64,000 nucleotides of DNA from a virus, in IMG/VR virus record IMGVR_UViG_3300003323_000724, positions 1 to 64,000 of that record. One strand, 5' to 3'. Numbering within the stretch: position 1 is the stretch's first letter; each line of letters opens with the position of its first letter. Position numbers and translations under genes: made by a program. Under the pieces are notes generated by a model. It was given only the letters and a program-made list of their open reading frames with translations, was not told where the DNA came from and did no database searches. Below are positions 56,232-64,000 of the stretch, one piece after another.

Positions 56232-57854
56232 ATGTCCGCCAACACATCCGATCTTGCCAAAGCACTGGCCCGGGTCTACGGCTCACGGGCCGTAGACCGC
56301 CTCGTTTCCACGCCCGTCGCCAGTTCGGACGACATGGCGAAGTACCACGACGATCCGGTGGGGTTCATCCGCGATGCGTTTGGAATAGACCTGACAATGC
56401 CGCAGTTGAACGCGGCATTGGCAATGCCCGGACGAATTAAAATCAATTCAGGGCACGGGTTAGGTAAAACTCTCCTGTGCGCCGCTCTTGCCATTTGGTG
56501 GTACGCGACCCGGAATCCCGGCGTGGTCATCATTACCGCACCCACCAGCCACCACATCACTACGGTTCTGTTTGCTGAAATTAGACTCCTGCTCGCCAAG
56601 TGTCGTATTAAACTGCCCGGGACCCTGTCGCCCAAGGCACCCCTCTTGTACGACTCACCGGAGCACTGGATCGAAGGATTTACGAGTTCATCGGGGGAAG
56701 GTTTCCAAGGTCGTCACCGCGCGAGCATGTTTTTCATCTTTGACGAGTGCGAAGACGTAGACGCGGTATATTGGCAAACTACCGAAACGATGTACAAGGA
56801 CGGAGAAGACCATGCTTGGCTTACCGTTGGTAATCCATTAACAACGTCTTCGCAAAGCTACCTTGAAGACTTGGCCGAACGGGAGGACGGAACGCCGAAA
56901 TGGAAGCAGTACGTATTGTCCTCGATGGATCACCCCAACATCATCGCTCAACTCAATGGTGAACCACCGCCGATACCCAACGCGGTTACGCTTCACCAAG
57001 TTAACCAGTGGGTCAAGGACTGGACCGATCCGGTTCAATTTGGCGACATCAAGCCATTGGACTTCGAGTGGCCCGTAGGATCACAGAAGTGGCGCAGACC
57101 ATCCCCGATCTTTAAGGGCCGCGTTCTCGGCATTCGACCGACGGAAGGGGTTGATACGGTTTGGGGCGCCGTTGTGTGGCAAATGGCCACGACACGAACT
57201 GCTAACCCCTCCGCTTGTTGGTGGGGCGAATACGGTATTACAATTGGTGTGGACGTTGCTATGTTCGGGGACGATTCAACGGCCATTCACCTTCGCAGTG
57301 GTCCGATGAGTTTGCTGCACGAGGAACACAACGGCTGGACACCTCAGCAAACGGCCGGTCGTCTGAAGGACTTGTGCGTTGAGTACGCTGACGTTTACAA
57401 CTCGTGGGCGGTGATCCCCACTCGTCCGCGACTGGAACCGTCTGACGTTAGCGTAGTTATCGAAGTGGATGGGTACGGGTATTCGGTACTGTCACACTGT
57501 GACGGGTTTGGTAACTGGTCCGGGTTTAAGGCCGGGGAAGCATCGACCGCTTTGGACCATAAGGGCCAGCCCCGGTACACGAAAAGACGGAGCGAGATGT
57601 GGTTCACCGGTAAGGAAAAGGCTATGGGGGGCCAAATGGACCTGTCGTACTTACCCCAAGACGTGTTGCAGAAACTTCGACTGGAACTGATGTCGTCCAT
57701 GTATTGGGCGACATCATCGGGGGCAATTCAGGTCGAAGAGAAAGTGGACATCAAGAAGCGGCTGAAAAAGTCCCCAGACGGGGCCGACGCACTGCTAGTT
57801 TGCTACGCGGACGTAACTTCGGATCTTCCAATGGCGATAATCAGGGGGGAGTAG
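56232..57854 (+). CDS. terL: Terminase large subunit
   Basis: SGHGLGKT (Walker A), IITAPT, FQGRH, FIFDE (Walker B), VGNP, IGVDVA.FGDDST, KKRL.KSPD.ADAL. Confidence 0.92.
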   Translation: MSANTSDLAKALARVYGSRAVDRLVSTPVASSDDMAKYHDDPVGFIRDAFGIDLTMPQLNAALAMPGRIKINSGHGLGKTLLCAALAIWWYATRNPGVVIITAPTSHHITTVLFAEIRLLLAKCRIKLPGTLSPKAPLLYDSPEHWIEGFTSSSGEGFQGRHRASMFFIFDECEDVDAVYWQTTETMYKDGEDHAWLTVGNPLTTSSQSYLEDLAEREDGTPKWKQYVLSSMDHPNIIAQLNGEPPPIPNAVTLHQVNQWVKDWTDPVQFGDIKPLDFEWPVGSQKWRRPSPIFKGRVLGIRPTEGVDTVWGAVVWQMATTRTANPSACWWGEYGITIGVDVAMFGDDSTAIHLRSGPMSLLHEEHNGWTPQQTAGRLKDLCVEYADVYNSWAVIPTRPRLEPSDVSVVIEVDGYGYSVLSHCDGFGNWSGFKAGEASTALDHKGQPRYTKRRSEMWFTGKEKAMGGQMDLSYLPQDVLQKLRLELMSSMYWATSSGAIQVEEKVDIKKRLKKSPDGADALLVCYADVTSDLPMAIIRGE

Positions 57855-58254
57855 GGCTTCCCGGTGGTACCACCGGAGCGGGCGGCATCACAATTGGCGG
57901 TGTCGGGTTCACCGGCTCTGGGGAACCGGTGGGATCTTCGGGCTGGGCACCGACGGGGTTGATCCGGTCGTCTAGGACTTCGAGTTGCGGTTTGAAGTTC
58001 ATTAGGAATTTGAAGTATTCGTTGTGATTGATTTAGCGTTGACGCAGACCAGTTTGGCCTTTGTCGCTTCCAACAATTGACTAGTGTATCGCCGCAGATC
58101 AGCGACATCCTGAGAGGTAATTAGCTCAGGATGATTAAGCAATTCGGCGATCCGCCTATCGCCGCCGAGCAAAACAATAGTGTCGTGGAGACAATGCAGA
58201 ACTTCCGTCATCAATTTCACTTTTTACTCCTCCCGTGGTTTCGGTTGACACCCA

Positions 58255-58282
58255 ACTATGCCACACGGATCACGGTAGTCAA
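58255..58282 (-). promoter_or_regulatory. Phage promoter motif copy (TTGACT-N16-CATAGT)
   Basis: Conserved motif upstream of 58002-58220. Confidence 0.8.
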
Positions 58283-58297
58283 ATGAAGTGGGAGGAA

Positions 58298-58621
58298 TTA
58301 CCTCCCTAGTGCTTTGGCTATCGCTTCCCGGGCGGCTTTTCGGTTCTTGTTAATCCACGCTAACAACTGTGGAATGTCGAACTCTTCACCGTCAACAAAA
58401 CCCTGATCCCACAACTGACATGCGGCCAGCAGTTCGGGAGCCGCAGCCATCAGTTGGAACTTACGCTCCACGTCTTCGGGAACCCCATCCTTTTCGAGAA
58501 AGTCCAAACTGTAAGCAAATGAATCACAATCGTCGTTCTCGTGCGGTCCGATTCCCAGACTGACCCGATCCCCGTAGTCTTCTGGGGTGCTGTGGTGGTT
58601 GATGTGCCACTTCTCGTTCAT
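58298..58621 (-). CDS. Hypothetical phage protein
   Basis: LMAAAPELLAAC...AREAIAKALG, a pattern common in small phage proteins. Confidence 0.65.
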   Translation of the reverse strand: MNEKWHINHHSTPEDYGDRVSLGIGPHENDDCDSFAYSLDFLEKDGVPEDVERKFQLMAAAPELLAACQLWDQGFVDGEEFDIPQLLAWINKNRKAAREAIAKALGR

Positions 58622-59463
58622 TTCGCTTCTCCCTGATCGCGTCTGATCTTTTCCATCGCGGTCTTCACGGCTTGGTCCTTCTCCGCGTCAGTGGAATCGT
58701 TGAACGCGGACGCCAGCAGCTTCTTCATCGCGTCCTTGGTGTCCTGTGGCATTTTCTTGAACCAACAGGTCGAACACAATCCGCTTTCACCCTCTTTGAT
58801 GCTGTGAAGCACCCGATTGCATTGCGGGACCGTACACCGATCGTGAACCACGATCGTTCGAGTTGCCATTACTTCTTCCCCTCAATCTGTTCCAAGAGCT
58901 GTTTCGCCTGATGATACGTTGCCATTACCTGAGCGTGCGACCCGTCTACGGCATCGATGAACTGTCGGAGCATGACGATTACCATTATCTTTTCAGCGTT
59001 CGGAAGACCTAACGGTTCGTAAATGATGGCTTTTTGCGTCATCCGGTACGAAAAAGCTTCGGTCAGCGATTTGCACAGCCAGAAGTCATTCCGTGAAGCG
59101 AACGCAATGTACCGTGCCGGAATGATAACCCCACTCGGTTTGATCTCTTCGTTGACCTTCTCGGACCAGTACCCAAATTCATCGTCTTCCATTATTTCTC
59201 CTCCCCGTTGAACCCTTCCCAGTCGATCTGGTCCGGGCTGGTGATCTTTACCGTGTCCAGGGCGAAATCGGCTACCCACAGACTTTTGGTGGGGTCCGAT
59301 TCGCCACGCTTGAATTTAGCGAGCGCGGCCGTCCGCTCTGGTCCATACGTTTCCTTCCTGTCGTATACTGAGTTCCACGGTGAAACGCAGTCAGCGGGCA
59401 TCACAAGAACGCGGCTGTGGTGACACTTGATACCGTTTCCAACTGTTCGAGAATGGGGCCAGT

Positions 59464-59850
59464 TCATTGCGAGACCTCAACTGGAATGAGTGATTGGAGT
59501 TGTTCACCGATAGTGCAGATTTGCAATGCCATTCCTAGCCAAGAGTTCCAATGATCTTGGATGTTTCCATCTCGCCTTCTCTTAAGATCGGTCATGGCGT
59601 AATCCGTAGCGTGTCCCCAGTACCCATAGGCAACTTTTATGTGCAGATCCGAACCACGTCTTCTGTCTCTTTTCTCCCTTTCGTCTTCGAGCCAGTCCGC
59701 CAAAGCGTGCCGGATCTGCTCGTAAGCCTCTGCCGCTTCGCACTCTAATTCATCCCGGACGTAATCCAAGGCCGCTTGGGACAGCATCGGGTGTTCCGGG
59801 TGCATGAGCATTTCAGCGGCACGGACGGCTGCGGGGTGAATGGTCACCAT
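59464..59850 (-). CDS. Hypothetical protein (ALADWLED segment)
   Basis: Minus-strand operon 58298-60287; partial TIGR02996-like motif. Confidence 0.55.
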   Translation of the reverse strand: MVTIHPAAVRAAEMLMHPEHPMLSQAALDYVRDELECEAAEAYEQIRHALADWLEDEREKRDRRRGSDLHIKVAYGYWGHATDYAMTDLKRRRDGNIQDHWNSWLGMALQICTIGEQLQSLIPVEVSQ

Positions 59851-60316
59851 GAGACCTCCGTGTCGGACGTTCCCGCAGTAATCTCAAATCCTGCGGCACT
59901 GAGTTGCCTTAATGCTTCTTGACGAGCGTTATCGGGTATGGGGGTGCGAACGTTGCCCAAGTCGCTGGCGTAAACAGCCGACAGTCCTTTTTCGGCCGCG
60001 CGTTTGATTCCTTCGTACCACAGCTCTAGGACGATTCGCACTTTGACCGGATCGGCCGCGTTAACTTTGTCTGTGATGTTGCGGGCATCTTGAGCTGTCA
60101 TCTCACTTCCCTCCGTTAAGGATTCGGTCCACTAGTTCGAGCACGTCAAAGGGACCGGCCGCTTCCAGTTCCCGGACGATCCCGACGATTTGGAGCCGCT
60201 CGGCCGTCGTAGCGTGCTTCCGAACGTCCTCGATCAGCCGGTCCGTCTCGGTGCGGATCTGGGCGACGATTTCAGGTGACGCGAACATTCGTTGTCTCCA
60301 GTTTCGGACGCACACA

Positions 60317-60344
60317 ACTATGCACCACGATCGGGGAGAGTCAA
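60317..60344 (-). promoter_or_regulatory. Phage promoter motif copy (TTGACT-N16-CATAGT)
   Basis: Back-to-back with the 60360-60387 copy at a strand switch. Confidence 0.8.
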
Positions 60345-60359
60345 ATTCGATTTCCCGAT

Positions 60360-60387
60360 TTGACTTCTCGGAACCGCGTGGCATATT
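60360..60387 (+). promoter_or_regulatory. Phage promoter motif copy (TTGACT-N16-CATATT)
   Basis: Divergent partner of 60317-60344. Confidence 0.8.
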
Positions 60388-60850
60388 TGAGAACCACTAA
60401 CGGGAGGACTGTGAATGGGAAATTGCGTGCTGACCGGAATGTACAAAGACGAACAGCCGGAACAGGTAACGTGGTGCGGCCGGAACGCGGGCAAACAAGA
60501 GTGGTTGTTCCAGTCTGCTTCACATGTTGCACTGAACGCTCGGAATCGCGGCAGCGTTTCTCCGTGTCGTAAGTGTATTGAGTCAATTATCAAAGCACTC
60601 CGAAAGGAGTTGAAATGACGCAAGCCGACCGAGCAATGTACGACGCCGGCAACGTATTTTGCGAAACGCGCAAAGCACTGGTGGATTTGGCAACCAAGAA
60701 GGGCATCAAGGACCGAGTGGTTTTTATGGTTGGCCGTGTCGCGTGGTACATCGACCCACCGAAGTCCGCCCGGAACTACGAGCACGACAACGGATTAGAC
60801 GGATGGGTAATCAGCTTCGGTTCTCGGCCGGAAGAGATCGAGGTGATCGA

Positions 60851-61456
60851 ATGAGTGTGCTCAAAGGATTAATGCGGAACATCTGCGAAAACCCGTTCGA
60901 TGACAACGCTCGGCTCGTACTGGCCGATTACTTCGATGAGAACGGAAAGCAATGGCACGCGGATCTGATTCGGTTGCAACTGCGAAAACCTAGTTTCCAA
61001 GAGGTTTACGATTTTGCAAAGGGACTGGGGACGAATCCAGAACCGAACCGAGAGTTCGGGGCATTTTACTTTGCCGAACTGGGGTGGATGTCTTCTCCCC
61101 TGCACCACTCGCACATTGTCAGCCGGGGTTTAATTGGGGGCATTCACACCGATACCAACACATTCCTTCGGTCCCCCGAGTTGGTTTTCACTAAGAACCC
61201 GATAGTTCACGTAGTGTTCCAAGACGTTTGGCCGTACATGGGTAGCGGTTCCCCCCAACTGCGAAGGACGACCAAACCAAAACCAATCGGCAGTCAAACT
61301 TCTTCGGTTCCTGCTGTGATTTATGATCGACTGCCGAAAGGACGTAACAGGTTCCGAACGCGACAAGACGTGACTCGGCTCCTTAGTCGGACCGCTGTGG
61401 ATTACGGGCGAGAACGAGCGGGGCTGCCAAAACTGAACTGGGAGGACGAACGGTGA
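60851..61456 (+). CDS. TIGR02996 domain protein
   Basis: GLMRNICENPFDDNARLVLADYFDENGKQWHADLIRLQ; SRGLI; NPIVHV. Confidence 0.85.
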   Translation: MSVLKGLMRNICENPFDDNARLVLADYFDENGKQWHADLIRLQLRKPSFQEVYDFAKGLGTNPEPNREFGAFYFAELGWMSSPLHHSHIVSRGLIGGIHTDTNTFLRSPELVFTKNPIVHVVFQDVWPYMGSGSPQLRRTTKPKPIGSQTSSVPAVIYDRLPKGRNRFRTRQDVTRLLSRTAVDYGRERAGLPKLNWEDER

Positions 61457-62016
61457 GCGACGGGGACGCACTTTTGAAGGCGATACTTGCGAACCGGGAC
61501 GATGACACACCGAGACTGGTGTACGCGGACTGGTTAACTGAGAACGGACAAGAGGCGAGAGCGGAATTCATTCGGGTGCAGGTGGAATTGATGCGTTGGT
61601 TGAAAGAGAACTCAGAAAGCCCCAATCGTGACCCAGACATTTATGGAGCGAGGGAAGGAATTTCTCGCATGAAGCAATTGTGGAACCTTCGAGCTTACCC
61701 ACCCGCACCTAAAGGATTCATTGCTTGTTTGGCCACAGATTATTTTGGATACCTTCCTTCGCACCGAGTGGCAGTTTACCGAAGAGGGTTTCCCCATCAG
61801 ATTTACTGCCCCACTGAAGATTGGTTGGAGTGTGCTGACGTGGTGTTTGGTCAATATCCAATTCAAAAAGTAAATCTAACTACTCACATCCCACTGGGCA
61901 ACCTATTCGATCTGTGCCGAAAGGCAGGATTGGGGGAATACCCCGGGAACCGGATTTCGTTCCATGAAGAGATCCTTGGCGGTATCTGGAAAGGGATCAA
62001 ATTCACACTCCCTTGA
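61453..62016 (+). CDS. TIGR02996 domain protein
   Basis: ALLKAILANRDDDTPRLVYADWLTENGQEARAEFIRVQVEL; YRRGFP; YPIQKV.LT. Confidence 0.88.
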   Translation: MSDGDALLKAILANRDDDTPRLVYADWLTENGQEARAEFIRVQVELMRWLKENSESPNRDPDIYGAREGISRMKQLWNLRAYPPAPKGFIACLATDYFGYLPSHRVAVYRRGFPHQIYCPTEDWLECADVVFGQYPIQKVNLTTHIPLGNLFDLCRKAGLGEYPGNRISFHEEILGGIWKGIKFTLP

Positions 62017-62222
62017 GAATAGCCCTAATTTCGCTCAAGATCAATTTTGGCCACTCGGACGTGACGTATCCCTGTTGACGTGTCGATCGATCAACCTGGA
62101 GCATCCTGTGCTAAATAAAAAGGGTCCGGATCGCCTACCAAGGTAATCCGAACCCCTACTGCAATGAAGGCCCAACAACGAGTTGGGTGAGCTGCAACGG
62201 AATGGTAACAGAGAGGTGAAGG

Positions 62223-62759
62223 ATGGGAAAGTTAACTCGGTTCCAAGACGTGGACCGGTTCACGCGAGACGGGAGTTGGGAATGTGACTACACCCCGGAC
62301 CGTCTAATTAAGCAAATCGATGATTGGGTGGGAGAAGAGAAACTAAATATGGACCCGGACTTCCAACGGGGACACGTTTGGACCGCGAAACAACAAACGG
62401 CCTACATCGAGTTCTACCTTCGCGGCGGGAAAACCGCTCGGGTGATCTACTTCAACAACCCAACCTGGAACCGAGACTGTGACGACTATCGAGATTTCGT
62501 AATCGTTGATGGTCTCCAACGGGTGACCGCGTTTCGGACGTTCATCGAGAATCGAATCAAGGTGTTCGGGAGCTATTACCGAGAGTACACGGACAGTTTC
62601 CGAATGGGACTGAACACGGTGCGGCTGAACGTGAACGATCTGAAGACCCGGGCCGAGGTGCTTCAGTGGTACTTGGATTTCAACACCGGTGGCGTGGTCC
62701 ACACGGACGCGGAGATCCAACGGGTTCGGAAACTGCTCGAAGCGGAGAAGGTCAAATGA
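62223..62759 (+). CDS. DUF262 (ParB-like/GmrSD N-terminal) domain protein
   Basis: PDFQRGHVW...QQ..YIE, IVDGLQRVTA, FNTGG..HT..EI. Confidence 0.85.
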   Translation: MGKLTRFQDVDRFTRDGSWECDYTPDRLIKQIDDWVGEEKLNMDPDFQRGHVWTAKQQTAYIEFYLRGGKTARVIYFNNPTWNRDCDDYRDFVIVDGLQRVTAFRTFIENRIKVFGSYYREYTDSFRMGLNTVRLNVNDLKTRAEVLQWYLDFNTGGVVHTDAEIQRVRKLLEAEKVK

Positions 62760-63143
62760 ACAAGACGGCAGATTGCTACCGGTGCGGGGAACCGTCCGAG
62801 AACCCGGGCGAATCTTGGATGGGCGGTAAGGACAGCATGGAACCGGTTGTGGTGTGCGGAATGTGTTTTCAGTTGTCTATGATCGATCCGGACGAGTTCT
62901 GGCGAGTGATTCGAGAAAAGGAGGACAAGGAATGACGGATTTGAAGTGGACTAAAGATATGCCCCGGAAGCCGGGATTTTATTGGATGTCCAAATTCCCT
63001 CATGACGATCCGGAGATTGTGGAAATTGATGTTTACGAGGGGCGAGCGTTCCGCGTGTGGTTGCGAGGTAACTACTACCCTTTGGACGATGTTGGTTTGG
63101 AGTGGGTGTGGTGTGGCCCGTTAACCGTTCCGGAGGGGCTGAA

Positions 63144-63470
63144 GTGACGGAGCAAGAAATGCGGCAACTGGACGCGGAGATCCACACCAAGGTGTTCGGG
63201 AAGTTGGCAGGACATACCTATCATTGGACGGACGATTTGGTTTTCGAGCCACCGGAGGATCTTCCTAGGTACTCAACGAATTTGGTCGATGCGTGGAAGG
63301 TTGTGGACAAACTGACGGATAACTACGGGTTTTGTTTGGACTCTGGAATCCAACCGGACAAGTGGCAGGCGACCTTTACTCACTTTCCGCACATGTTGGA
63401 CGAGACAGGAAACACGCCGGCGGAAGCGATCTGCCGGGCCGCACTGCTAGTTGTCGGGAATCGGGTTTGA
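63144..63470 (+). CDS. Phage ABA-sandwich-like protein
   Basis: LDAEI...VFG, P.YST....AW.VV.KL, T.AEAICRAAL. Confidence 0.65.
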   Translation: MTEQEMRQLDAEIHTKVFGKLAGHTYHWTDDLVFEPPEDLPRYSTNLVDAWKVVDKLTDNYGFCLDSGIQPDKWQATFTHFPHMLDETGNTPAEAICRAALLVVGNRV

Positions 63471-63493
63471 TTGGGTGATTCCGTACCGATTCT

Positions 63494-63521
63494 TTGCATT
63501 CCCGAATCCGTGAGGCATAGT
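63494..63521 (+). promoter_or_regulatory. Phage promoter motif copy (TTGCAT-N16-CATAGT), probable leaderless transcript
   Basis: The ATG at 63527 lies 5 nt after the -10 box. Confidence 0.7.
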
Positions 63522-63526
63522 TGAGC

Positions 63527-63745
63527 ATGGAAACACTAGCTAACCGACTAGCTCTATGGACCGGCCTGTTTACATTTGCGTGTCTTGGGGTAATGGCTTG
63601 TGGGATGGAGTTGTTGGGTCGGCACTGGGAAGCTGGAATGATGCTGGGAGCGAATGCAGTTTGTGTGATTCTGATGATGTGGTTTACAGTGGAACACCGA
63701 CTCCAAAAGGGTTGGTGGCCGTGGCAGGATAAACCAGAGGATTGA
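63527..63745 (+). CDS. Two-TM membrane protein
   Basis: Two hydrophobic segments. Confidence 0.55.
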   Translation: METLANRLALWTGLFTFACLGVMACGMELLGRHWEAGMMLGANAVCVILMMWFTVEHRLQKGWWPWQDKPED

Positions 63746-63746
63746 G

Positions 63747-64000
63747 ATGAGCACCGAGTTGAAGCTAGGCCAACTGATTGAGGGCAACCCACAGCGGGAC
63801 GCCATTCACATCGCCGTGATTCCGATGGTGGCGATTAGGACGATGAAACCGGGTGAACACCTGAAGAACGGGTGCGTAGACCCATTCCTGAATGCTCCAG
63901 TGCAGCCCGGACAGCGGTTTTGGCTGTTTTTGTATCCGAACACAGTTACCAGCCTGCGGCACGTCTGGGAACATGCCGCATTTCCCACGGAACCGGAACT
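63747..64000 (+). CDS. Conserved hypothetical phage protein (partial, runs off window end)
   Basis: Manual translation: MSTELKLGQLIEG..QRDAIHIAV...VDPFL...V.PGQRFWLFLYPNT.TSLRHVW.H.AF. Confidence 0.65.
   Translation, partial: MSTELKLGQLIEGNPQRDAIHIAVIPMVAIRTMKPGEHLKNGCVDPFLNAPVQPGQRFWLFLYPNTVTSLRHVWEHAAFPTEPE

Noticed and set aside
1-64000. Integrated prophage boundaries or host chromosomal flanks
   Set aside because: No integrase, att site or housekeeping operon was seen; the whole window looks viral, and lifestyle cannot be determined.

Overview
The window is a gene-dense fragment of a large tailed-phage genome. It encodes terminase small and large subunits and a near-complete replication/recombination set: split family-A DNA polymerase, sliding clamp, clamp loader, primase, DnaB-like helicase, SSB, RecA/UvsX, UvsY-like protein, 5'-3' exonuclease, RusA, SNF2 helicase, dcd and thyX. 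The host is probably a planctomycete (Gemmataceae-like), inferred from many TIGR02996 domains, a copy of a planctomycete-type HTH regulator and secreted Cys-tailed small proteins. The main find is at 28.5-30.4 kb: a 416-aa Cas12f-like protein with a degenerate RuvC site and no Zn-ribbon/RuvC-III. It is followed by a structured putative tracrRNA/leader and a 4-repeat, 3-spacer CRISPR array, with no cas1/2/4 in the window. This is a candidate phage-encoded, nuclease-dead, RNA-guided DNA-binding system. Other notable items: a 1687-aa modular protein with four TIGR02996 cassettes separated by recurring Tyr motifs (possible processed polyprotein); two candidate ring-nuclease anti-CRISPR genes behind a phage promoter motif (12 good copies plus one weak); a cluster of three structured RNAs including an aberrant tRNA-Cys-like element; and a 1.4-kb inserted block with a recombination scar. 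All family calls come from motif recognition by eye; no database searches were run.
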